Assembly (NCBI GenBank): GCA_044892505.1
Contig: CM097882.1
Span: 511,934,001-511,998,000 of the forward strand
DNA from: Schmidtea nova
Taxonomy: Eukaryota
Reading direction: 5' to 3'
Length of the DNA: 64,000 nucleotides
Shown: one piece after another, positions 20,660 to 32,499 of the stretch
Numbering within the stretch: position 1 is the stretch's first letter
How the letters are laid out: each line of letters starts with the position of its first letter
The notes under the pieces: generated by a model
Seen by the model: only the letters and a program-made list of their open reading frames with translations
Told to the model about the DNA's origin: nothing
Databases searched by the model: none
Made by a program: the position numbers and the translations under genes

Positions 20660-21363
20660 TGTCTTTTTTTGATATTTCTCAGAAATCTTCCAAATCGGAA
20701 CTAGGTTTTGCAATTTAACATGGCTTTGATTATTCTGATTTATTAGATTTCGGAAATTCCATTATAATATTTTATTTTCAACATTGAAATTTCAAGTTTT
20801 ATTTTCTATTTCAAGTATTGCCAAATTTATTTTGTCCTGTATTATCTGAGAGATCATACTGATCTAAATTGCTGTGTAAATATGTTTAATTGTCTATAAA
20901 TTGAAAATAATTAAACTGTATTATCTTTTTGGCTTCTGAAAACAAAAAACATTTGCAAAAACATTTTTCGGAAATATATGAAATTTAATATTAAAATTCA
21001 TTAAAATAAAACTTAAGTCATTATTTATTCATTTATTCGACTACACTCCTAGGAAATATTCCAAATTTTTACAAAAAAAACCCTTTTTTTAAAAATAAAT
21101 AAATTTATTGTAGGTCTTTTAATAGCGTAAAATAATTTACCTTTAAAAGTTTGCATACATTTTTGATTGTGTGTGTTTGTGGGTATAATTTATTTTTTCT
21201 TCCACTTTGTCTATCAGAATAAATCTTTTAAACTATGTGTAGTGCCTTAAATATTAAATTTTTCTTTTTAATTAATTAATTTATTAAATAATTATTGAAT
21301 GGAAGATTTAAATAGCTTTGTTTTAATATTTACTTTTTTTCTCTTTAAAACAATAAATCCAGC

Positions 21364-21783
21364 ATGGTTCTACAAGAACTAATGCAATTTCTTCCAATCA
21401 ACATGAATCAATTTTCCCAATATCGTCAATCAATGATGTCGCCAAACATTGTCATAATGCCGTTAATGAATCCATCAGAAACCACTCAAACTGCTGCGTC
21501 ACAATCTAATCAAATGCTGGCTCGAACCGATCAATCTAACAATCCAATTTCATATATCGTTGGGACACACGTATTTCTCAAAATGCCAAGTAGTGGATCT
21601 AACCAAACAAACTGCTCAACAACGAGTAATGATGCTGGATCTATAATGGATAAAAATAATAAACGGCCTAGACTGTCAAAGATACACTCGATGTTAATTC
21701 AGAATATATTTTATGTCTATCCGGCTTTTATCAAATTAATTGTTTTCTTACACTATGTAAAGTCAAAATTTAACATAACATAA
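21364..21783 (+). CDS. Orphan low-complexity (S/N/Q/M-rich) ORF or isolated exon
   Basis: 139-aa open frame, less AT-rich than its flanks, preceded by TCCAG|C ATG; no recognisable domain. Confidence 0.3.
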   Translation: MVLQELMQFLPINMNQFSQYRQSMMSPNIVIMPLMNPSETTQTAASQSNQMLARTDQSNNPISYIVGTHVFLKMPSSGSNQTNCSTTSNDAGSIMDKNNKRPRLSKIHSMLIQNIFYVYPAFIKLIVFLHYVKSKFNIT

Positions 21784-22322
21784 GTTTTCATTTGATATTG
21801 GTAATTTTTAACTTATATTATAGAATCACTTAATGTATGAATATAGGTGTAAAACGCGGAATTTACTCTGAAATCGGATTGTTAGCTTTAATGTAAATTT
21901 GCAATTCGGTGTATACTCTTGGCATATGGCTCGTGTTGTCGTAGTAATGACGTCTTGATTTTGTAAAATCAATGTTCCATTTCTAAAGTGTCAATGTTGA
22001 CTTGAAAAAATACGCAGCATCATGAGCGTACACATCAATGAAAGAAAAAAATCTTTCTTTGATGTGTCCGTCTAAAAAAACATGTAATGACAAATGTGAG
22101 CTGGTTCATATTCTTAAACCAGATGTTGAATAAAAAAATCAATGCAAAATTCTTGGCCGCTTTTACTTCTTGAATAAATTAAGCTCTTGAATTGTCCCCC
22201 ATTATTGAAATAAATTCATCAAAAATTGAATTGGATAGGTAGTTCACAAATTTTTGCCCAAAATTTGGGAAATTCTTGATATTGTTGGGTTATTAATGAG
22301 TAGTCGGTGGTATCTGACTCAT

Positions 22323-22966
22323 GTGTTCTCGTTTTATCACGACAATAAATTAGACCCAACACAATAATTTTTATTTTTCAATTCAATAACAACACTCTAA
22401 ATCACAGAAAGTTATAAATGTTCTGCACTCTGCGATAAGGTAGAATACCCAGTGGGATATCTCCCTTTCAGGTACGCCAGAAATTGATAGATCGATACTT
22501 TATAACTTATTACCGTTTCAGCTTCCTTTTCCACTTCCCGATTTCTCGCTCAACTCTTTTGAATTTTTCTTCAAACAACTGGCTTCGACAAACTGGCTTT
22601 AACCAACTGGCAATCTCGGCAAAGTACTCTCCGTTTATATAGTGTCTTGTCGTTTGGTCCTATCACCCCTTAATGGATCTGCCAATTCGTTAATTAACTG
22701 GGAGCTGCCGCTAAATGAGCTTTCCCGGGACGTTCTGCTATTAGTCAAATTAATAATGAATTTACTGATACCCCGGGTTTCTTAATAGCTCGGGTTTCCT
22801 ATTAGCTCAGGTTTCCCATTAACTCGGGTTTCCCATTAGGTAATTAATTATTTTAATTAATTTGTATTTTCTTAATATTTCTTTCTGGTGTCCCTTTTTA
22901 ATTTTATATATCTATATTTGAATTCGTCTCATCATTTGGTTTCCTCCCATACCAGTTCCCCCTCTC
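22323..22966 (-). repeat. Probable LTR remnant of another retroelement, with PPT
   Basis: Minus strand GAGAGGGGGAAC|TGGTATGG (22966-22947) resembles PPT+TG. Internal ~16-bp repeats (CTCGGGTTTCC, 22770-22840). The distal CA boundary is uncertain. Confidence 0.35.
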
Positions 22967-23641
22967 AATCTTTATTTTGAATTTTTATAAAATTTTTAAT
23001 TAATGTTTGCATATTAATTATTATTTTTCCAATTTTCGTATTTTTTTTTTGTGCTTTTTAACTTTTTATTTCAAGCATGTTCAAACAACCCCAACAATAT
23101 GATTCGTCAAAAAAGAATCAAATTTAGCAACATAATCCAGAGAAATAAATAGTTACCTTTGGTTGCAGAATATGTGGATTCTCCTTGCCCTGTACACGCC
23201 TCTCATTGAACAGAAATAAATTTCAATGTCACAACTACCCTTTTCAGAACTTTCCTCCAATATTACTGCTGTGTTAAAATTGCTTTACCATTCCTTTTTC
23301 AAAATACTGAAACTTCAAGAAAAATTGATACATTAATATTCTGTGTAAATAGCGTGTTTCAATTAACATGAATGTTGTGAGGTATGTGTGTGTGGTTATA
23401 AAAAGTATAAAAGATTTTTAGGGATTAATACAACCAATACCGCAACATAAACATTAATCAATCTCACTTGCGTACCTATAGTTATTCCTTAACTATCTAG
23501 GTTGGCACTGTACACGGTGGTGAGAATCTAGGGAGCAGGTGAGCTCCGTTGCCGAAACTGCTCCTCACTAATTCTCTCTTTCGGGTTCCCGCTGCCATAA
23601 AAGGACTTACGTATCTACTTACTTTTCGATCCTTTCACATA

Positions 23642-26600
23642 AAATGCCGGCCTTAGACAATTTTGTTTTATAGGCAAGAATAGAAATTCCACCATAACTG
23701 GGTTTAGTTTTCTAAGAAAAATCTTTAATTTCTATTTATTTTGAAGTATAAATCCAAAATATGAAAATGTGAAATTTTTATAATTTTATTACAAGTTTTC
23801 AACACAGATTTTTAAATTTTGGCAACTTTATAAAAGTTGAGAGTTTTTAATAGGCTTATAGGTAGTTGATTTTAAGAAACCTTTTTTTGCATTAAAAAGT
23901 AATGAAAAACCAAAATGTTTGAAATGGTATGTTTATAAAACACTAAAAGTATTTATTAGTTGATTTCATGAAAAATATGCTTTTCTAGCATTTGTAGAAG
24001 CAAACTCCTGAATTATATTGGTCATATCCAACTCTTCTACAATCGTGCTCTCTATAGATATCTTAGCTAAATCTACCAAACGATTCTGAGACATGGTAGA
24101 ACGAAGATATGTTTTTATAAGTTTGAACTTCGAAAAGCTTCTCTTTGCACTCGCAACTGTTATCGGAAGTGTAAGCAAAATTCGCAATGCCACGTACACG
24201 TTTGGAAAAAGAGTAACCAAGCCCATTCCACATACATAGTCTAATATAACTCTGGGGCTTGATTTTTCAGTAATCTTTCTTGATAAAGCAAATAACTCAT
24301 CGCACAGTTCTGTTGCATTAATGTCTGCTGAATCCTCATTTTTAAATGTTAAAGCTAATTGAAGGTCCATGCAATCTTTGAAAATTTCATTTTATCACAT
24401 TTCTCTAGATTTTTAATGTCATACAAATATCCAAATAAGTCACTGTGAGATGTTAACTGCATAAACCGATCATTAACTGATTGAATTGCGGTATCCAATA
24501 TCTGATTAAAAGAATTTACTCTAAAATTCTTTTCTAGCTCAAGAATTGGATTGTCTGGAAATTCATAGTCTAATTGTCTCTTTCTTCGTCGAGATCTTAT
24601 CTGTATTTCCTTAGGGAAAGTGTATTCAATACCAAGTTCTTCTGCCAATGAATTAGCGATTGTAATTGCTTTAGAAAAAATTTTAATTTGTTCTGTAATT
24701 CTGGGGTATAGTTTTAGTAGCATTCAATTGTTGAATTGATTTTTTTAAATCAAGATCTGTTTCTTGAAACATTTTGCTAGATATGTTGATCTCAAATAAA
24801 ATATCATACCAAATCACTATTGAACAAACAAATTTGAAATCGAGCATTTTTGTGAAATTCTCTTAGCTTCTGCACGTGACTGGGTTTCATATTGTCCAGT
24901 AAGTGAAACGTCATCAGAAATTGAAACGAGTACATCGTAAATTTCAACTGTTTGGTATCGAATTACCTTCACAGCATTAACTAGACTTTCCCAACGTGTT
25001 GCGCATAACTTTTTAACATTTAAACCTGCAGCTTCTTTGTTTTTGACATGTTCTAACAATACATTCCAGCGATGTGTTGATGCAGAAAAAAAGTGTATAT
25101 ATTTTGAATTAAATCAAAAAACGTTACTTTTTTAAACAACAGTTTATGGCATCATTAACTACCAAATTCAATGAATGTGCATTACATGGGACAAAAAGGT
25201 TCTTCGATTTAGTTCTCTAACTCTTGCTTGGACACCATTATGCATTGCCCGCATGTTCGCTTATCATAGCCTTGTCTTCTCATATCATCTAGAAAAATTC
25301 CTGAATCTGATAAATCTTTAAGTAAAATTTCCACCATACTTGCACCTGTAAATTTTTCAAGTTCTACGAATCAAATAAAATGCTCATTGATAGAAACTTC
25401 TGAAGGTTTGTCAGTAGTTGCTTTATTTTCTGTAACAAATCTAACGAACATTGTCATCTATTCTTTATGACTGACTTCTGGTGTGCAATCTATTATTATA
25501 GAGTAATATTTTGCATCTGTAAAATCATTAATCACTTTCTTTTTTACTTTTTTACTAAAAAGTTAATAATCTCATTCTGAATATTTTTTCCTAAATAATG
25601 GTCGTAAATTTTATCTGATTTTCTACGTCTTATATGTTCTTTCATTATCAGATCAGATTAAGCAATAACTTTAACAAATGTCAAAAAGTTACCATTATGA
25701 GGCGTATATAACCGACCAGACTGTTCTCTCAAGGACAAATTTTGAACTCCATGTACTCTGACCAAAGATATTATTCTTTCTAATACATTTTTCCAATGTT
25801 TGGCTTCACGATTTATAAGGCACTAATTCAGGTCATCAATGGTTTTATTATTTGCAATCCTCATTTTTTGTTTTTTCCAATCATGATAATTGCTTAAATG
25901 ATCTGGTGATTTTTCATGGTGCTTCAATATACTTGACATATTTTCCCAGTCACAACTGTCATGTTTTGCTAAGGCAGATATACTCCTGTTATGTACTTTG
26001 CAGCAAAAACAATATACCTTATTCACTGACGTGGAATACATCAACCATGGTCTTTTTAAAGTTTCTCCGTTAGCCAGTTTGCGTGTATAGTGGTAATTAG
26101 AAAATTGTCTTCCACCTTCATCTTTTGGATAACCAGACTCTAATTTGATCTGCTTTGGATCATGCTGAATAAGAAAACAACGAATATTATCATTTATATC
26201 TGGCCATTTACCGGGATCCTCCATTATATCTGAATCTAATTTTGTTAAATTCAGACTTGCATTCCCATGTTCATAAGTATGATCTTCAATTTCTTGCACT
26301 GCCTGAGGTTCTATCATTTCAGTAACATCAATGTCGTCAATCTCACCTTTTGTTGAAAATATCTGAGGAATGAATTGAGACTATGAAACTGCTGCGGAAG
26401 AACACGGCATGTTGTAATAAACATCACTTACATTTGATTCCGATAGTGATATGCATTTTCTATTGGTTACTTTGTTAGAAACTGAGTTATTGTAGAGCTC
26501 TGACTCTTTATCACTATTACGCAATTCATTCCATTTTTAAAAAAATTTGAAAATAGATCCTTTCTGTGTTTCTATGAACGAATTTTTTGCATTTATTTTC

Positions 26601-26740
26601 TTCATATACTGTGCTGCAGTTAAACGGCTGCGCTTTCCCGTGTTAGCCTTGCCCATGATGGGTAAAAACTGTAAAATTAGAAAATAAATAATGCCACTAT
26701 AGACAGTCGCTTATGTCGCCTATGCCTAAAGCCAGCGCTG
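23642..26740 (-). mobile_element. hAT DNA transposon (ZMYM1-like/DUF4371 transposase), defective
   Basis: Imperfect 15-bp TIRs (AAATGCCGGCCTTAG / CAGCGCTGGCTTTAG). 8-bp TSD TTCACATA (23634-41) vs CTCACATA (26741-48). Confidence 0.85.
23966..26657 (-). pseudogene. hAT transposase: TTF-type Zn finger, DUF4371-like region, hAT C-terminal dimerisation domain; frameshifted
   Basis: WLMYSTSVNKVYCFCCK; LCATRWES; LRILLTLPITVASAKRSFSKFKLIKTYLRSTMSQNRL, spread over several frames. Confidence 0.9.
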
Positions 26741-27514
26741 CTCACATAAGTGCATCTTAATTATCTATTACCCTATGCTATCACATATCTATCTTAATTC
26801 CTTCAAAAGTAATTCACCAAAATGATAAATACTCCTTTGTAATCCCCTTTTCTCCCGTCCAAATATGGTTCAAAGTCGCTGCATCGGCCCAACCCCCGAA
26901 GGAGTCACAGCTGAGGGGCTTTTCACCTCGGGGTCAACAACCACCGAGGCGCAATTTATGGATTTTACCCCTGATATTATGAGGGTTTACACACAAATGC
27001 ATAGAACAAAATTTCACTTCAAAATTTTATTATAAACTACCAAAAATGATAATGACAAAATATTACAATCAAATCAAATACAAAATCATACTTGCGAACT
27101 CAACTGGCTGACGAAATACAAAATTGTACTCACTGCAAAATTAATGCCAAGTAAGTTTAGATTGTGATTTTTCAGCGTCTATTTATACTAAATCTATTGA
27201 AGCTTATATGTTATTATTTAAATCATGATTTTAACGATTCAACTTACTTATTGTTTTTAATAAGTGATTATTTATTTATAAATTTAATTTTATAATTCTA
27301 TTTATTTATTTTCTAAAATATTTGTTTTTAATTCCATTAAATAATATGTATATCCAGTTTTTGTACGTTAATTGATTAATTAAAACAATCAAATTTAATT
27401 TAAATAATAAAAAAACTTGGCAATGATTTAATAATAGAAAAACTAAGTAAATTCAACATAAACGCGATATATTTTGATTGTATAACAATCTTCTTCAGGC
27501 AGCAATCAGGACAA

Positions 27515-30184
27515 CAGTAGCGGACTGGCAAATTTGAGCGGCCCGGGAAACCCCAAGTGGACCGGCCTCAAAAAAAAAACAATATAATATAAAATAACAT
27601 TTTAATATAATATTACATATAAATACATACTTAATTAAAAATAAATAAACAAAAGATTCTTAACCATTTAAATATTTACTAATACCAGGAGCATTTTCTC
27701 TTATTTTCTCTATTATTGTATAATTATTTAAATTAACCAAAATATCCTTCTCTATCGCCATAAGCATCAAAAACTGCAAATTATCTTGTGACAAGGAAGA
27801 TCTGAGTCTATTTTTTATAATTTTTAATTTGGAAAAACTACGTTCACAAGCTACTTGCGTCGAAGATAATGTAAAAATAAATTTATATGCAAAATAAACA
27901 TTGCTGTATACTTTGCTATATAAATTATATTTAGCCAAGAAATTAAAACAGCAATAAATACAATTTTTGCAACTCTTTTTGTTTTTGAGACATACTTCAC
28001 TTATTATTTCTGAATCTGAATCAGTTAATTCATCGGTGTTATATATATCTTGCATAGATATTTTAAAGTCGTCCCATTTTGTCATTAAATCAGTTAATTC
28101 CTTCCTTAAATTTGACGCTGTAGCTGTTTTATGATATTTTACTAGTAATTTACTGAGCTCTTCTAAACTGTTTTCTGAACATTTATTGTCGGTAAATTTT
28201 TAGGGTCTAATATTGCCATGTCTGCATATAATTTTCCATGATTTTTAAAACGGTTTTCTATAGTATTTATTGTGGTATCCATAATTACGTTAAACGTGGT
28301 TATTTTATATTTTTCGATTGGGTTTTGAAATTCATGATCTTCGGTTATTTCGTCGGGCATTCTCTTTCGTCGTCTAAATCTCTCTTCTGGTATATCTTCT
28401 TCGACAATTATTTCACAATTTTCCTCTTCAAGTAGTGTATTCGCACGTTTAGCAAATGAATTTGCCTTTTCTTTTACATTACTAAAATCACGTGAAAATT
28501 TTTTTAAAGATGTTTTTTAAGCATGTTTGCTGCTCCGTCTGTCGAATTACCGATACAATTTTTAATATTTAATCCACTGTTTTTAATAAAAGTACTAATT
28601 AAATTGCACATGTCTTTCCCTGTAGACGATTTGCAATTTAAAACAGCTACTACACGTTCATAAATATTTCCCTTTACATATCGGACAACAATTGAGCACT
28701 GATCCTTTTGTGTTATGTCCTGTGTGGTGTCAATTTTCAAAGAAAAAATACCTGCTTCCTGTATATCTAACAAAATGCTATCTTGAATTAATTTTACACT
28801 GGCCAAAATTACCTGGTTAATAGAAGATTTTGAAATTAATGAAATGAAACTGCCTCTACCTTTAGTTCCCGCAGATGTTTCATTATTTTTCTTCTTTTCT
28901 TTGATGACTCTTGATAAATGTAATTTTAAAACAGCGTCATATTTAGAGAGTAGCAATATTATTTCTAAAAAATTACCATGGCCTTCTTGATTATTTTCAA
29001 GTGAAAGTGAAGAAACAGATTCAGATCGGTGAGCGCGAAAAGCTAATCCTCTTTTTCCAATTAATTTTACAACATCTATAATTCTTTCCAATACTTGCTT
29101 TCGTTCAATAATATATTTCTGATGTATGCTTCCTTCATTTGTGAACATTAAATTATAAATATCTTTGCCTTTAGATTTGAGCATATGACAATTTACACAA
29201 TTTTCATGAGTTTTACTATTTTCATGTTCTTTAACACGTTGCAAAGTGTGCCTCCAGTCCGTCATTCCACGATTTACAAACGAACTCTCGTTTGTAATAT
29301 CACTGTAAGCCAAACACATGGTACAAAATAGAGCATTTATTTCCAAACTATATGATAGCCAACGCCTATTTACTTTATCTTCTCTATAAAATATTAAATT
29401 TGGTTTAAAAGGTAAATTAGTAATGTCATCAATGGTTGGTTGGCATTGATGTTTTTTAAAAAACTCTTCATAATTTTGATTTCCTGGCCTTATGAAAAAT
29501 TATCTGATAAGAAATTAAACATTTTGTTTGTTGGTGTTATCACTTAATTATTGGTCTGGGTGGAAGTTGAAACTGAAGTTATTTCTTCGAGAATTGATGT
29601 TTCAACTTTATCTTCGCCAATGGGACACAAAATAGTATCATCATTCCTCGAAACTGATGAACTTAAATCCAAATCCTTATTCAAATTTTCAATATCAAAT
29701 GCATTGATCTTAGAAGTTGAAGCAAACATATCACTTAATTTAAAAGTATATTTAGCAGCTTCTTGCATGATTTTTTGTCGCTTTTCTCTCTCTTTTTGAG
29801 CGCCTCCTTTAAATTTTTTTTTTCCATTTTTTCTAAATAATAAACGTAAATAATTTAACAATATAATACAATAAGTATTTATTTAACCCATTAACGCCTA
29901 AATAGAAATTAATCGATAATTTATTCTTAAAGTTTACATTGATAATTGCATTGATAATTAGAATAATTGATTCATTATACGGCTTTTCGCTTTGTGGCCA
30001 AGTTTCGTAGAACGTATCTAGGCCGTAAAGCGAGGTATGGGTCTATTGTATATTGTTTCATTTATTTATTTTTTTCAATCAGAAGAAATAATTTAATAGT
30101 TTACATATCGCCGGCCTCGCGGCCTCTAATTCGACCGGCCCACCGGGAAATGTCCCGGTGTCCCGCCAGCCCAGTCCGCCACTG
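27515..30184 (-). mobile_element. Second hAT DNA transposon (ZMYM1-like), defective
   Basis: TIRs CAGTAGCGGACTGG / CAGTGGCGGACTGG (13/14). Perfect 8-bp TSD CAGGACAA (27507-14 and 30185-92). Confidence 0.95.
27660..29827 (-). pseudogene. hAT transposase, frameshifted and internally deleted
   Basis: LFCTMC, GHGNFLEIILLLSKYD, FSLKIDTTQDITQKDQCSIVVRYV, STDGAANM, LSSTQVACERSFSKLKIIKNRLRSSL. Confidence 0.9.
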
Positions 30185-30497
30185 CAGGACAATCAATAAT
30201 AAAATAGAAAATATGCAATATCTAAACAAATTAATTAATAATAATCATCTCCATATTATATCAAAATTTAATTTAAAATTTAATTTAATTTTTTTATTAC
30301 ATAAAATTTTAAAAATTAATTAATAAGCAAACAACACTTTTCATATTTCAACATACATTTAAAAAAAAATAAAATTTAATAAAATTTTAAAATTTAACAT
30401 TCAATTTACAAATTTTTAAAAAATATTAAAATGTTCACAAAAACAAACATAATTATACCACAAACACAATTCGCAACATTCAACATTCAACATTCAG

Positions 30498-32100
30498 TTA
30501 CTTAAACACATTCAAAATATCCGTGGAACGGGCAACTTGATCATTTATTTTTGGATTTAAATATCTAATCAACACTGACTCACAAATTACTCGTTCCCAA
30601 TAATTACTTAAACCTTTTAAAATTATTTTAAAATCAGAGATACCTATTTTTTACTGACACATTTCCTAAAATGATCACTAATATTAGTCAGTCCTTTTTG
30701 TCGGCAATGCTCAAGAACTCGGGTGCAGAGATGACGGGCAGTCTCTCCAATGTATGTGGCATTACACCCATTACATGAAAATTGATACACGAGCTCAGAA
30801 CACAAACCAATTGGCGTTGGACATTTACTAGTGAACATACTGCTAGCTTTGCAAGACGTGGAAACAATCCTTAATTGATCCTTGTCTACATGTTTGAGAA
30901 TCTTATGCTTAAATTCTCTGAAGCCCTCAGAATAAAGAAATTCCAATACATATTTCGGCTTAGTGCGATTAGATCGATTTTTGTCACTTTCCGAAATTAA
31001 CAATGTACTTTTATCATAATCAAAAAGTACCTCAGATTCAGACACACCCATACCAAAATTATTAGAATTCAACATTAACTTATCCAAGGTCACTTTTGTC
31101 ATTTTCGCAAGAAAAGATTTAGAGTAACCATTTTAAGTAACAACTCAAACAATACATCAATACTTTTTACTGAATTAACAAACGTAAAAGATAGTGACCA
31201 AGCACGAAACACCAATCCTCTCACCATACTCCTTTTATATTTAAATTCACAAAACCTCTCAGACGTTGTATACAGACCAGTATCAGTCGACTTTCTATAT
31301 ATTTCAGTCTCATAATGTTTCGACTTGCGTTGGACGAGTAAATCTGAAAATGCAATCGACGACATTTTTTCTTCTTCACAAGTGAATTTAATATTCTCAT
31401 GCAAATTATTCATATAATTCAAAAAAGACATTACATGTTCAGGACTCTCAAACACCAATAACATATCATCCACATACCGTTTGTATGTGGTTGGTTTAAC
31501 AAGATGGCATGAAGACATTTTCCTTTCCAAACTAGATATAAAAAGGGAATCCATATTTGGGGTAATGGAGAACCCATAGCAACTTCATCCACTTGTTTAT
31601 ACCATTCATTGTTAAACAAAATATTAACATTCGACGTTGCAAATTCAAGGAATTTTCGAAACGCAATTTTATCAACATTCTTATGTTTGACATAAACATA
31701 AATCATTCGTTTCCGCCAACGGAACATCAGTAAAAAGACTACAAACATCAAACGAAACCATAATTCCATCATCAGAATTTTTCTTCAACGCAGCAATGAC
31801 TGAAGCAAATTCAAAGCTATCCTTACATTCAAACTCAGAAATAATTAAAGGTTTTAATAATCCATCCAAAAATTTGGTTATTTTATATTGAGCAGTTCCT
31901 ACCATCGATAACACTGGTCTCATGGGTTTACCTACTTTATGTACTTTTGGAAATCCATAAAGCTTTGCTGGTTGAGATCCTTTCGGTTTTAGGGATTTAA
32001 CCAAATCTATATCAATATTTTATCACCAGACAGTTTATTCAACAGTTCATCCTTTTATATAAAATTTTGTCAAATTGGACACTATTTTTGGAACGGAAGA
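30498..32100 (-). mobile_element. Penelope-like retroelement (RT + GIY-YIG endonuclease), 5'-truncated and frameshifted
   Basis: KLYGFPKVHK..PMRPVLS, VSFDVCSLFT, VAMGSPL, YKRYVDDML, IYRKSTDTG; GIY-YIG VYQFSCNGCNATYIGETARHLCTRVLEH. Stop codon at 30500-30498, followed by (CAACATT)n. Confidence 0.92.
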
Positions 32101-32499
32101 AGTATATACTAAAGGTTAAAAGAATATATTGATGTATATTTTAAACAAGCACCAAATAAGAAAAATAATTCAATAAAAATTAAGAAAATATTTCTAAAAA
32201 TCTATCGTAGAATAAAAAAATAAATTATGAATGAAATTAAAAGTATAATCTTATTTGTTTAAATTAGCAAATTAAATCGAGCGATAAAAGCTGATTTTAA
32301 AAATTGACGGATACATAGATCGTGCAATCATAAATAAACTAAACTAGTTATTAAAAACCGTCTAAATATTAAGCCCATTAAATAAAGTTAAAATTAAATA
32401 ATTTGAATAAATAACGTATATTTCATTTTCACTTTTCCATAATTTGTAACAATAAAATACAACTATTCCATGATATTTGTAATAACTTTTTTTTTATAA

